Positions 10,938-21,811 of a stretch of DNA of 64,000 nt are shown piece by piece (position 1 is the first letter of the stretch; every line of letters starts with the position of its first letter). Made by a program: the position numbers and the translations under genes. Origin of the DNA: an uncultured Gammaproteobacteria bacterium. GTDB lineage: Bacteria; Pseudomonadota; Gammaproteobacteria; CAWCPV01. The stretch covers positions 1 through 64,000 of the forward strand of contig CAWCPV010000002.1 of assembly GCA_963797555.1 (NCBI GenBank), given 5' to 3'. The notes below the pieces were generated by a model, which saw only the letters and a list, made by a program, of their open reading frames with translations, did no database searches and was not told the DNA's origin.

Positions 10938-11168
10938 ATGCCCATGAACGAGAAACGAGGCTTCGTCGTCTGCGTGCGGAATGACGAATACGTCGCGTCC
11001 TTGGAGATCAGGAAGATCTATGAGCTTCTTCCTGACCCCGACGCGGAAGCGCACGGACAGGTTCGGGTAGTCGACGAATCCGACGAGGATTACCTTTATC
11101 CGGCAGAGCATTTCGTACGCTTGGACCTCCCGAGTGAAACCGAGAAGGCGGTGATCACGGCAGTCTAA
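10938..11168 (+). CDS. Small acidic protein, putative antitoxin/immunity (copy 2)
   Basis: Abuts the stop of the upstream gene; RVVDESDEDYLYP. Confidence 0.7.
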   Translation: MPMNEKRGFVVCVRNDEYVASLEIRKIYELLPDPDAEAHGQVRVVDESDEDYLYPAEHFVRLDLPSETEKAVITAV

Positions 11169-11249
11169 CCGCGCGCTAGACCACGCGCCGGTCGTGGTAG
11201 ATTGAGACATGCTTGCCGGGGCGAGCGGCCGGGAAAACCGAGATCGGAA

Positions 11250-12699
11250 GTAACTATTCACCTACCCCAACCGCGGCATAGGCGGCGCCCCCTGGAAGGT
11301 CATGACCAAGGCATGGAAGAGGTCGGCGGATTGTTTGCGCAAGGTGGAGAGGTAAGAGCGGATGGTGGCGAATGCTGCAGCGCCCTCGGAGGAGCGAAAG
11401 CCTCCGGAGACCTTCTGTTTGACCTTGGGCATGCGCACATCGCGCTCAGCTTGGTTGTTATCGAAGGGGACGCGGAGATCCGTGAGAAAGCGCAAGGTAT
11501 CGTCGCGGCGCTCGCGTAGGCGCCCGAGCAGATTGTAGGCGGGTGAGTGCTTGATTCGCCCGCGGGTGCCGGTGCGCTGGGTGTTGCGGGGGTTGAGTGC
11601 CGCGCCTTGGGTGAGGATCGTGTCATAGCGCGCCTGAAACTGCTCCAGGGCGGGTGTGGGCAGGGCCGCGAGTCCCTGAGCGCGGGCTTGATCGGCGGCC
11701 TCTTTGGCCTGGCACAGGAGATCGATCATCGGTGCCGCCCAGCTCTGCTCGGGGAAGCCCTCGATGAGGCCGATCAACTCCCGCAGGGGATGAGCGTTGC
11801 AGAAGGCGTGCAGGCCCGGGTAGCAGTCGTAGGCACACCAGTGGTCATGGACCAGAATGCCGGTGTAGTGCGCCAGCAGACCGAAGGCATCCAGGGCGGC
11901 CTGGCCGCGCTTGGCAGGGACAAAGCAGGTGGTGAGCGTATCGGTGCTCAGAACATGCAGCCAGTTGAGCTTGCCGTCGACGCGCACACCGGTCTCGTCG
12001 GCGTGGGCCACCGCGGCACGCGCGAGCGCTTGGCCGATGGTCGCTACCTGCGCCTGCACCCGCATGGCCGCAGACCTCACTGCGGCATGGATGGTAGCAG
12101 GAGAGATGGCGATGCCGGCCAGCTCATCGAGCAACGCAGCGGTGCGCTGGTAGGGCAGGAGCTGGTATTGGGTCAAGTGCACCGCAAGAGCATACACTCC
12201 CGGTCCATACTGCACCGCAGCGTCCATCCCCGGCGGAAACGCGCTACGGTGCACCTGGCCGCAGATGCACACCCCTTCGAGGATACGGTACTCGGTAACC
12301 TCACGGCGGATCACCCGTTCGGTCACTTGGCGTCGCTCGGGCAGCGCCGAGGCGAGGATCCCCGCACGGCAGCACCCGCAATCGCAGTGCCCAGTCAGCG
12401 GCAGGAACACGGTGCGGTCGGGTTCGTCCACCAGCCCCATCGTCGCGCCAGGATTGAACGGGGGATCCGATGACGGTGGTTTGCTGGAGTTGTGGCTGTC
12501 CTTGGCCAGTCGGGCCTCCAAGTCTTGGACCCGTTGCAGCAGTTGCGCCACCTGGGCGCGCAATGCGGCGTTCTCCGCACGCAGCCGCTCTAGCTCGCCG
12601 AACAGGGCGGCATCGAATGGGGTTGCACTCTGTTTCTCATGCATGCACTAAAGTGTCACGCATAATCAACTGTCCTGCAAGAGATACCTGAATAGTTAC
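11250..12699 (-). mobile_element. IS66-family element (single-ORF type), transposase 11262-12644
   Basis: GTAACTATTCA...TGAATAGTTAC ends; 8-bp TSD GATCGGAA; HADETG and PFDNNQAERD motifs. Confidence 0.93.
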
Positions 12700-14154
12700 G
12701 ATCGGAAAGCTGAAGCGCGAGGGTCCTCCCGCACCGGCCTTCAGCCACCGTGCCTAGCGCGGATGTCCTGAGCGCCCGAGCACCTCTAGGGCATCCCCCC
12801 AGACGTAGGCGAAGCCACCGGCCACGGAATCGGGCCGTGCGCGGTTTCTGCCAGCTCGAGGTAGCCCAGCGCCGACTTCAGATAGGGTTCGTGGATGTTC
12901 GGGGCCGAGGGAGACCTTACGATGACCGAGAAACTGGAAACCGTCAGACGGATCTTCCCCCAAGGATCGCACTGCGAAGTGGCGTGAAAGCTGCTGGCTG
13001 AGCGGGCTTCAGGGTAGTTTCGCACATCGTGAAGTACCCATGGAAGTGGTCGGTATCGTCAGGTGAGTACATTGACATGCTGGTAAGTATGTGGAATAGT
13101 CGTGGCCATGTACATCGAACGTCGTGCCCAATCGACAATCGCCTCCCGCCGTGCTGCTGCGCGAGTCCTATCGCGAGCAGGGCAAGGTCAAGAAGCGCAC
13201 TTTGGCGAATCTGAGCAAACTACCGAGGGAGGTGATCGAGCACATTCGCCAGGCCTTGGCAGGGCAGGCCATGGCGGTCAAGGAAACGATCTGTGGCGCC
13301 ATCTATGGGCTGTTATTCGTGCTGAGGGAGCTGGCCCGCCAGGGCGCAATACAGGAGTCTTTGGGCGACTCCCGGATGGCGAAACTGGTGCTGTTTTTGG
13401 TGCTGGCGCGCATTGGGCATCAGGGCTCGCGACTGTCCGCTGGGCGCTCGATCACGCGGTGCAAGCCGTGCTTGGGCTAAGCGCTTTCGATGAGAACGCA
13501 CTCTATGAGCATGGCGTTATACACATCTCCCCGTAGCTAGGGCTGCTGCCCCTCTGGACACAGCCCCCGGAAGCTGATTCAATGCCCCCATCGTTCACCA
13601 GGTGACGAGGGGGAGCAGATGGAGAAGGGGTTGCCGAGGTGGTTGGGTGGGCGCGTGCTGAGCGCGGGGGAGCTTGAGAGCATACGGCGGGAGGCTCGGC
13701 TGGCGGAGCCCCCAGTGCGAGCCGAGGTGGCGCGGCGGGTGTGTCGGGTGCTGGGGTGGACCGATGCAGCCGGTAGGCCCAAGCTGATGAGCTGTCGAGT
13801 CGGGCTGCTGCGGCTGCATCGGGCAGGCTGGATCGAGCTGCCGGCGCCGCGTAACGGCAATGGGAAGGGGCTGTCGCGCGAGCCGCAAGATTGGCCCGCT
13901 GTGTAATTCCACCGCTGGTTTGACAAATTTCCACCCGGTTTGACAGATTTTTGCGGACCTTCGCCGCCGGGGCACATGGCGAGATACGGCGCAGAGCGTT
14001 GTGCGACAAGGAAGGAGGGTCTTACCGCATGGTCGCAGATTGAGGAACCCCCCTCATCCGCCCGGTCGAGCCTTTGCCATAACCCCTCCGGGCCACGACG
14101 ACGCGAAGGGTTGGCAAGGCTAGGAGAACCCGATCAGAAACCACTCAAGCGGAA

Positions 14155-14491
14155 TTCGGGGGTCCCGGGTTCTCCGACGTATCTCTTCCTGCATGCCACG
14201 GCCTGAAGACTCCGGCGGGCTTCCACACCCTCGCCTAAGCGGGTGCTTCCTGTTGCCTTCGGGCTGTTCAAGACCCTCGGCGCCCGCAACGATCCATTTC
14301 GAAGCTGTACCAGCACTTCAGTGTGCGCGTCACCCCTACGGCCTACAGGATGCTCTGTCTACGCTTCGCCTGTCTTGTTCGCCGCTCCCTCGGCTCCGCC
14401 ACAGCCGCAAGACTCGATACGGGTGGGTGGCTAGCCCTTACCCGACGGGGACTCTCACCCCGCAAGATACGCCGAGCTTGTCCCGGCGCGA
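14155..14491 (-). ncRNA. Group IIC (attC-type) intron 5' remnant, roughly domain I only, no RT ORF
   Basis: Minus strand reads CGCGCCGGGACAAGCTCGGCGTATCTTGCGGGGTGAGAGTCCCCGTCGGGTAAGGGCTAGCCACC...GTGGCATGCAGGAAGAGATACGTCGGAGAAC; begins 2-3 nt after TTGTT of an attC bottom strand. Confidence 0.8.
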
Positions 14492-14493
14492 TG

Positions 14494-14545
14494 AACAATG
14501 GATTGAAACGACCCCTCGGGTCGCCTCAATCCTTATTGGTTAGGT
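14494..14545 (+). other. Integron attC recombination site, with its R'' end disrupted by the intron
   Basis: AAC-AATGG-ATTGAAAC-GACCCCTCGGGTC-GCCTCAAT-CCTTATTG-GTTAGGT, an imperfect hairpin ending in GTTRRRY. Confidence 0.75.
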
Positions 14546-14551
14546 CTCACG

Positions 14552-15304
14552 CTAGAAGTCTTTGACTTCGCCATCCTCGAAGAGGACGTGCTTTAGCAGG
14601 AAATTGACCCTGGTGTTCTGTATGTCTGCGTTTCTCAGGCTTTCGTGCTTCGCAATGAATTGGTTGTAGTCAAGTTTCCCTTTCCATTCGATGGACTGGC
14701 CTGAACTTACCGGATCGTTAACGGCCAAGTTCGCGCCGAGGATTTCGTTACCTAGAAGGTCAGTGAAAACGAGTGTGCCATCAAACGCGCGAACATTCTT
14801 GCCGGTTGTATTAGCAAAGGTGACGGTAAAGGTGATCGCATTGCGTCCGTACTCGCCTTCAAACCACCCTTTATTCGTGAGAGTTGCTGTAATCGGAAAT
14901 GTTTGTTTGACCTTCTTGGGTGGCTCACGATCTTCTGACTTCTTTGAGTCACCTCCTCCGAGGGCGGTACCAAGACTCTTCGAAAATCCGGCGGCCGCAT
15001 CCTGAAATGCAGAGCGCAATTCATACTTTATGTGTTCGCGACCAGCAAAGTAGCCAACAAGAAGCCCCACGGCAAACGCCGCGGCCACGAGTTGCTTGTG
15101 GCGCCCTGCTGCCCTTGTTGCAGGCGTGGTCTGTGCGTTCGGTGGAAACGCCGACATTTGCTCAGGGTTTGTCTCGCCTCTTGTCTGTGTGTTTGCCCGC
15201 TGCATTACCTTCGCGTAGATGACTCCGCACTTAGGGCACTCGTAGTCCGGAGCTGTGTCTGTTGGCTTGCGGGTGTAGCCGCACTTCGGGCATGTGATCT
15301 GCAT
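14552..15304 (-). CDS. Zn-ribbon plus single-TM hypothetical protein in an integron-like cassette
   Basis: CPKC..CPKC N-terminus, TM segment, lower GC than flanks; bounded by GTTAGGT (14539) and ACCTAAC (15334). Confidence 0.75.
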   Translation of the reverse strand: MQITCPKCGYTRKPTDTAPDYECPKCGVIYAKVMQRANTQTRGETNPEQMSAFPPNAQTTPATRAAGRHKQLVAAAFAVGLLVGYFAGREHIKYELRSAFQDAAAGFSKSLGTALGGGDSKKSEDREPPKKVKQTFPITATLTNKGWFEGEYGRNAITFTVTFANTTGKNVRAFDGTLVFTDLLGNEILGANLAVNDPVSSGQSIEWKGKLDYNQFIAKHESLRNADIQNTRVNFLLKHVLFEDGEVKDF

Positions 15305-15346
15305 GCAGGAAACTCCCTCGTGTTTGCCGTAAAACCTAACGCTGTT

Positions 15347-15940
15347 TTAACCGGCGCGGACCGCGGACCCTACAGGGTGCAGTTCCCCGGAGGGAGCGCG
15401 CTGCAAACTAGGCTGGGTCTGCTGGGTGCTAACCGGACTGTCAAGGCTGGTGGGCGCGGCGGGGGCTTCGCCGCTGCGGGTGCGGGCGCGGCCGGGGAAG
15501 CGCTTGCGCAGGTCGTTGGCAATGGTCTCGGCCCCCTGCACCCGCGCCCGGGCGGCGCCCTTGACCGCCTGGTAATAGGCAAGCGCCCCGCTGTAGACCT
15601 CGCTGCCGGCGGCCAGCACCGAGTCGTCCAGACCCGCCAGAAGCTGGCCGAGGGGCCGCTGCATGCTGGCGAGAATGTCCACCGCCTGGAGGTCGCCCTC
15701 CATCTCTTCCACGTCCAGGTAGCTGGGACGGAGGCTCGCGTCGGCGCGGGCATACTCGACCGCTTTGCGCACGAAGGCGACCGTCTTATCTCCCATCTTG
15801 GGCAGTTCCCGGCGCTCGTCCGGTACGGGCGCGAGGAGGTGCGGCAGGAGCTTGTCCTGCAGGACCTGCAGGGCGTCGCGGACGGCTTGCAGGTCCGCCT
15901 CGGGGATGTCCAGAGAGATGCGGTTGAGGCTGCTGTTCAT
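15347..15940 (-). CDS. Conserved-looking alpha-helical hypothetical protein
   Basis: ERRELPKMGDK..FV...AGSE.Y..AL.YY pattern; plausible codon usage. Confidence 0.65.
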   Translation of the reverse strand: MNSSLNRISLDIPEADLQAVRDALQVLQDKLLPHLLAPVPDERRELPKMGDKTVAFVRKAVEYARADASLRPSYLDVEEMEGDLQAVDILASMQRPLGQLLAGLDDSVLAAGSEVYSGALAYYQAVKGAARARVQGAETIANDLRKRFPGRARTRSGEAPAAPTSLDSPVSTQQTQPSLQRAPSGELHPVGSAVRAG

Positions 15941-16850
15941 GGTCGGTTCTTCTGATGGCTTCAGTGCACGGCCCACCCTGCTTTACAGGATTCGCGGGCG
16001 GGCCACGATGGGGAAGCGTCGAAACTCAGGGGCAGGCTCAACCGTTGTCGTTCTTCCCCCCTGTCAGCCTTCACCAGCCTCTTTGTCCTTCGGACCGCCC
16101 CTGCGGTCACCGGCCGGCATCTGGCTGAACGAGCGCTGCAGTCCCTGCTCGCAAGCGCTCGTGGCGCACGAGGATAGCGGGTCCGACTGGATTTTCCAAT
16201 CCCATCTTGTACCCTCCCAAAGTTCCACGCCTCCCCAACCACGGCGCCGCTGCCTCGGTTCCGACTCGGAACATCGGCCCGCGTCGCCCACGTGTAGCGA
16301 CGCACCCGCGGAAACTTATCGAGCTGCGGGATCGGCCAGCCGAGCAGCTCGTGGCATAGCTGTCCCGCCTGGGGCACCGATGCCTTCATTATGTCGGTCG
16401 ATTGGCGTTGGAATTGTTTCCAGCGCAAGCGTAGCAAGCGCCGCACGGCAGGTCTAGTCAGCCCGTGGACTCGACTGGCGTCATGTCTCCCCCACCCCAC
16501 CCCCGCACCCCGCACTGGCGCTCGGGGTCGCACAACGATATGCCTGCGCCTCATCGCCCCATGTCGTTTGCCATACTCGCAGCGACGCACCCATGCCGCT
16601 CGGTCATTCGCTGGTACCCGGCCGGGGTACAGGGTAAGGGGTCGGGTGAGATCGTGGCTCCTGGCGCCCCAGGTGAAGCGCGTTGCCGTCAGCCAGACTT
16701 AGGAGTTGCCCCCGGCCATCTTTATCTCTTACACCCGATCAGCGCGCCATGACAATGACCCTTTACGGGCCTTTGCATGCCCCTTAAAGGGCCGCGGTGA
16801 ACTGTAACGGTGTTACGGTGCTGTCACGCACTCCGGGAGGCGAAGCTCAC

Positions 16851-17156
16851 TCACAGTTCTAAGGCTTTCTCATGCTTCGCCAGATCTCCGGGCGCCTCAT
16901 ACCCATTGATCACAAGCCAGCGCGCTGCTTCTATGGGATCGACCAGGCGCCATAAGTGCTCCGGCTCGGCCGCCAGGTCGGACATGACGTGCACTATCCA
17001 TGTCCCGTTCGCCGTCCTGTAGAGTTCCTCGTGCCTTTGGCGAGACCCCGTGACATCGCTCACGCGATCTTTGCCGTCCAAATGCGTGCTCTCTCCCCAT
17101 CGCGTAGCGAGATCCCCGTCAAACCAACGTCCATCAGGCAATACAATGCGTTTCAC
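16851..17156 (-). CDS. Phage-like hypothetical protein
   Basis: Overlaps the protease stop; HEELYRTANGTW motif. Confidence 0.6.
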   Translation of the reverse strand: MKRIVLPDGRWFDGDLATRWGESTHLDGKDRVSDVTGSRQRHEELYRTANGTWIVHVMSDLAAEPEHLWRLVDPIEAARWLVINGYEAPGDLAKHEKALEL

Positions 17157-17977
17157 TGGTCAGTCCTCATGGCGCCCGTCACGTAGCGCACGGCCTGCGC
17201 CGTGCTGATGATGATCCCCCGCCGGCGCTGCTGCTCGCGGTAGGTAATGGCGGCATCGGCGATCTTCTCGGGAGACCAGCTTGCCGGCAGCCTCGATACA
17301 AATGCGCGGAACCACGCAGCCGGCTCAGCCCTGACCGTTGCGCCGCCTGATTCAACGAACTCGATCATGCCTGCCTCGTTCGGCCCTGCCATGAACGCGG
17401 CGAGCCCGGCCTGATCGCGCGGCGACACGCGGCCAGCACTGACCAGCTCGCCCACGAAGGCCGCGATCTCCTTGCGTTGCGTCAGGCTGGCCAGTCCGAT
17501 CCGGGTAACCTTTTCGCGTTCGACGAGTTCTTCGACCTCGATCACCCCACTCTTCTGCTCCCCCCAATCGACTGGCTTGAGGCCCTTGAGAGCCGGCGCT
17601 TGCGCCCCGAGAAACCCCACGTGGCGCAGATAGTAGACGCCTGGTTTCGGGTTGTCGGGGGAACTGGGGACGTAGAAGCTTGCGGAGACGCGGGAGAAGC
17701 GCTTGGCCCGCACCAGCTCGGCGAAGGACGGCTCCACATTGCACGGGTGCGCGTACAAATCCGGCGCCGCGAAGGCAAGCCGCCCCACCGCACCGTAGGC
17801 CGGCGCAGCGTGCTTGGGGTGCCCTATTACGAGCGGCGCCTCGTGCAGTGCCGGATTATAGCCCGCCGCCGAAGCAGCCAGGTGCGTATCCGTCACGGTG
17901 TACAGCGAGCCGTCCGAGGCGCGGTGGATCCCGGCGCGGAATAAATGAATGGGCGCGAGGCTGCAGTCTGGGTTCAT
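17153..17977 (-). CDS. Mu-like head protease with scaffold-like C-terminus
   Basis: HEAPLVIGHP..PAYG, VSASFY..P.NPKPG.YYLRHVGFLGA.APA.KGL; C-terminal helix IADAAITYREQQRRRGIIISTAQAVRYV. Confidence 0.85.
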   Translation of the reverse strand: MNPDCSLAPIHLFRAGIHRASDGSLYTVTDTHLAASAAGYNPALHEAPLVIGHPKHAAPAYGAVGRLAFAAPDLYAHPCNVEPSFAELVRAKRFSRVSASFYVPSSPDNPKPGVYYLRHVGFLGAQAPALKGLKPVDWGEQKSGVIEVEELVEREKVTRIGLASLTQRKEIAAFVGELVSAGRVSPRDQAGLAAFMAGPNEAGMIEFVESGGATVRAEPAAWFRAFVSRLPASWSPEKIADAAITYREQQRRRGIIISTAQAVRYVTGAMRTDQ

Positions 17978-18336
17978 GGTTTACCCGCGGCGCGCCGGCT
18001 CCGGCCCTCCCTGATAATGCGGTAGATCTGCTGCTCGGAGAGGCGAAACTGTTTCATGAGGTCGATGATGGTGCGGCGCTCCGGGCGCAGGCGATGCTCG
18101 TTCCGTATCTTCTCATGGACCTCTTTCACCCGTTGGCGCCTGCCCAAAGGCACATAAATGGCTCGACCGCCCATACTGCAATAACGCCGCTCGATGAGCT
18201 TGACAGCAAAGGCGTCCGCCTCCTCGGCTTCCATGCCAGATCGAAGCACATCAGCGACGTGAGCGGCGAGATCATCCAGAAACCCTTCGGCATCATCGCC
18301 TACGCTCAGTGTTGGAGCTTGATCTTCGATGGACAT
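17974..18336 (-). CDS. Mor/C-family transcription activator
   Basis: GGRAIYVP motif plus C-terminal HTH FRLSEQQIYRII. Confidence 0.82.
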   Translation of the reverse strand: MSIEDQAPTLSVGDDAEGFLDDLAAHVADVLRSGMEAEEADAFAVKLIERRYCSMGGRAIYVPLGRRQRVKEVHEKIRNEHRLRPERRTIIDLMKQFRLSEQQIYRIIREGRSRRAAGKP

Positions 18337-18542
18337 TCGCTGTGGGCGCCTTAATGCTCGAACGTTGCGAAACCTGGGGTCCAGTCTTCGAGGAGCTTCC
18401 GCTCCAGTTCCGCCAGCGCAGCCTTCTGACGCGCGAGGCGCGCAGCGCGCCTCTTCAGCCCCCGCTCGCGCCGAAGTAATTCCGCCACCCGGAGAGGATC
18501 TGCCTCGTTCGTGTCCATGACTCTCACTCTCCCCGCCCGGCG

Positions 18543-19168
18543 CTACCCGAGCTGAATCCCCAGCCTCCGAATCCGTTCCAGCTCTTGGGCTTCCGCCTCG
18601 CTATAGCCAGCCACATACTTTCTGGCCAGGGCGATCTCGCTGGGATGATTGGGGTCGGCATGCGGCACGCCGCTCGGAAGGGTCGGCACGGGAAGATGCG
18701 CGGTGTTAATCCCCAACGGAAGGAAACCACGTCCCCTGCGGACGGACGGCGCATGTTTCCCGGCCAGGCTATCCAATATTTGGAGCCGGCGCAGTAGCTC
18801 CATCGCCCCGAAAGCATATTCGACGTATTCACCGGTGGTCCGATCGGCTTCGGCTCGGAAGAATGCCAGAAGCACATCCGGAGTCATGGCCTCCAGGCGC
18901 CGCACTTCGGCCTGGGCTTCCTCGGCACGCAACTCCAATCCGGGAATGGCGCGCCTCGCCTGGGCCACCTGCTTGCACGCTGCGGCGCTTTCCGTCTCGG
19001 CTTCCGCCGTCTTTTCTGCGAGCGCCGCCCCGGCTGCGTCGACATCAGATTGTTCCGTCTCAGTTGCGAAAGCGCTTGGACCAGAAATCCAAGATCGGCA
19101 AGCCGCGGTAATCGCTTCGGAAGTCCGGAGACAGACCACCGCGTTTCGAACGTCCTTGTTTGAGTCAT
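18543..19168 (-). CDS. Coiled-coil hypothetical protein (5' end probably frameshifted)
   Basis: Ala/Glu-rich heptad-like region; operonic position between DUF3486 and Mor genes. Confidence 0.55.
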
Positions 19169-19169
19169 C

Positions 19170-19520
19170 TTAGGTTTCCCTTTGGCCCGTTTCGCATCGT
19201 TCGCCCTCTCTGCTCCTGGAGGATTCTTCATCCTGTCTCCAGGCGAACTCTGCCGGTACGGACACCCCTAATGCGGCGATAGCCGCATCGAGCACGCTCC
19301 GCCAGGCTTTTAGAACCTCGATCAGGCCGGCATTGGACGTGATGGCCGTCTTGAGCCGCTTGCCATGCCGCGCGACGGCAGATCTGGATACGGGGTAGCC
19401 TTGGCTCGCGAGCCAGGCGGCGTGCTCGTCGTAGCGGAAAAACCCGGATGTGACAATCCGCGCGTCGATCTCGCGCAGAAGGGCGGGCGGCAATAGTGAC
19501 AGGACGTTACGCCGGGGCAT
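19170..19520 (-). CDS. DUF3486 / Mu gp27-like protein (putative small terminase), short form
   Basis: LPP...ID..I..SGF..Y....WL...GY.VSRSAVARHG pattern; GGAGG RBS upstream. Confidence 0.72.
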   Translation of the reverse strand: MPRRNVLSLLPPALLREIDARIVTSGFFRYDEHAAWLASQGYPVSRSAVARHGKRLKTAITSNAGLIEVLKAWRSVLDAAIAALGVSVPAEFAWRQDEESSRSREGERCETGQRET

Positions 19521-19544
19521 GGGTCGTTTCCTCCGGGTTCATAC

Positions 19545-20709
19545 TAGTGTAGTGCTTGGTAATTAACGGAACATATATGATCTATCGCTGTCCAGGGCTA
19601 TGAAGCCAAGACAGGAGAGCACTGATGCGAGTAGCCCCGATGGTCCGACTGAGCGCGGAAGAACAGCGGAGCCTGAGGCGTGTGTCGCGTTCGAACACCA
19701 CGAGTGTGAGGCTGGCCCGCCGAGCGCGCATTGTGCTGTTGGCGGCGGTGGGCATGGAGAACAAGGCCATCGCGGCGGAACTCAAGATTGGGCGTGTGCA
19801 GGTTGGGCGTTGGCGGGAGCGCTATGCGCAAGGCGGGCTGGCGGCCATCGAGTGTGACCTGCCGCGCGGAGGTCGTCAGCCCAAGGTGGATGCCGCCGAG
19901 ATCGTGCGACGCACGACTCAGACCCAGCCCTTAGCAGCGACACAGTGGAGTACGCGGACCCTGGCTAAGGAAATGGGAGTGAGCGACACCACGGTGCTGC
20001 GCGTGTGGCATGCCCATGGGCTGAAGCCGCATCGTGTCGAATCCTTCAAGGTATCGCGCGACCCGAAATTCACCGAGAAGTTGGAGGACATCGTCGGGCT
20101 GTATCTGTCCCCCCCGGAGCATGCTTTGGTGTTGTGCTGCGACGAGAAGAGTCAGGTTCAGGCGCTGGATCGTACCCAACCTGGCCTGCCGCTGAAGAAG
20201 GGGCGGGCTGCGACCATGACCCATGACTACAAGCGCCATGGCACCACGACACTGTTTGCTGCCCTGAACACCTTGGAGGGTTCCGTGATTGCCCGCTGCG
20301 AGCCGCACCATCGCCACACGGAGTGGCTCACCTTCCTGCGCCAAATCGACCGCGAGACGCCCAAGGACAAGGAACTGCACTTGGTCTGCGACAACTACGC
20401 CACCCACAAACATCCCAACGTTCAGAAATGGCTGGGAAAACACCCGCGTTTCCACATCCATTTCACGCCCACCTCAGCATCCTGGTTGAACATGGTCGAG
20501 CGATTCTTCCGCGACCTGACTGTGGATCGGTTGCGCCGTGGCGTGTTTCGAAGCGTCCCCGAGTTGATCCCTGCCATCAACCGCTATGTCGATGCCCACA
20601 ACGCCAATCCCAAACCCTTCATCTGGACCGCCAAGGCTAAGGACATCCTGCAGAAGGTCATCCGCGCCAACGCACGTTTAAGTTCTAAACAGAATGAAGC
20701 ACTACACTA
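19545..20709 (+). mobile_element. IS630-family element, intact transposase 19625-20710
   Basis: TAGTGTAGTGCTT...AAGCACTACACTA ends in a CTAG target; DEKS, THDYKRHGT, DNYATHK and SWLNMVERFF motifs. Confidence 0.95.
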
Positions 20710-21264
20710 GCTGCCCACGGCTCCTGATATCCCATCGTCATCTCTTGCCCCGTAGCTCAGCATGTCGAACAGTTTCCGCGTCCCGTCCTCATCGAGGCCA
20801 TACTTGCCGACAATCTGCACCAATAGAAGCATCCGCTCCGCGTCGAAATCGACGTCACTGCGGCTCTGCTGCACCCGCTGGATCAGATCTATCGCTAGGG
20901 ATACCTTGGTAACTGCGGAATCCATCCTGTCGATCTTGGCCGGCTCCGACGCGGTCGGTCTGGGCGCGCTCCGGCATTCTGCGGCAGCCGCCAGCTCCTG
21001 GATGGCCCCGTCAAGCACCTCCAAGGTCTCCTCGGCTGCCTTGGCCCGCTCCTCGGCGATGAGAAGCAGATTGCCAGCGTGCAGGCAGTCCGTGGGGTAA
21101 TCGCTGTCGTCGCCAGAGAAGGCTGGTATGATATTGGTCACATGCGCCAGAGTTTGCAACTCCAGGATCTGGCAATACAGATCATGAGAGGCTTTCCTCG
21201 CTTTCTTCTTGGCAGACAGGCCGGCTGCGCCTTCCGATGGCCCGTTATCCGGGGTGTTGCTCAT
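20707..21264 (-). CDS. Hypothetical protein of the mini-Mu early operon
   Basis: ORF with AGGAG RBS downstream of gemA. Confidence 0.55.
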   Translation of the reverse strand: MSNTPDNGPSEGAAGLSAKKKARKASHDLYCQILELQTLAHVTNIIPAFSGDDSDYPTDCLHAGNLLLIAEERAKAAEETLEVLDGAIQELAAAAECRSAPRPTASEPAKIDRMDSAVTKVSLAIDLIQRVQQSRSDVDFDAERMLLLVQIVGKYGLDEDGTRKLFDMLSYGARDDDGISGAVGS

Positions 21265-21349
21265 CTGAGTTATCTCCTGCCGCGCATCGCGGCTCCTTGT
21301 CCACAACATCCGCTCACGCGGGTTCACTCGGCGGCCCCGCCCGGCATCC

Positions 21350-21811
21350 CTAAGCCCGTTCAGCTTCCGCACTGCGCCGCGCCAGCGATCTCTCGGCGGA
21401 CTGCTCTAGCGCGATAAGCAGGTCCCTCATCCCGTGTTTGGTCAGGAAACGGGGGCTCGAAACCTTGGCCACGCGCCGGCTCACCGTAGCCAGCCGGGCA
21501 TCCGAGAGGCCGGTCCAACCCAGCTCGCGGGCGAGCCAGGCGAGCTTGTCCCATTGCCCATCGCTCGGGCGGTCTTCCTGGTGAATGCCCCGCCCGCCGC
21601 GGTTTTTCCCATCCAGCGTGCCGCTTTCCCGGACGGCTCGCGCCACCATTTCGAGTTCGGCGTCCGTCAGGTCCCCGGCCGAGCGCTTGCCCGTAACCTC
21701 TTCCAAGAAATCACGGTACTGCTTCTCGGTGATCCGGCTCCGTTTCAATCCGATGTGGATCTGGGCAAGCAGCGATTGCCGGCGAGATTTGCCCGCCTTA
21801 TCGGTTGGCAT
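21350..21811 (-). CDS. gemA: GemA / DUF1018 family protein
   Basis: LAQIHIG....EKQYRDFL..VTGKRSAGDLT..EL motif. Confidence 0.82.
   Translation of the reverse strand: MPTDKAGKSRRQSLLAQIHIGLKRSRITEKQYRDFLEEVTGKRSAGDLTDAELEMVARAVRESGTLDGKNRGGRGIHQEDRPSDGQWDKLAWLARELGWTGLSDARLATVSRRVAKVSSPRFLTKHGMRDLLIALEQSAERSLARRSAEAERA

Noticed and set aside
14155-14491. Active group II intron or retron
   Set aside because: No RT ORF or catalytic domain V follows; the RT-like tail at 5910 is DGR-like and unlinked.
16760-16830. Palindromes (CCCTTTA...TAAAGGG and GTAACGGTGTTAC) as a regulatory site or terminator
   Set aside because: Real but short, with no U-tract or second copy, so function cannot be assigned.
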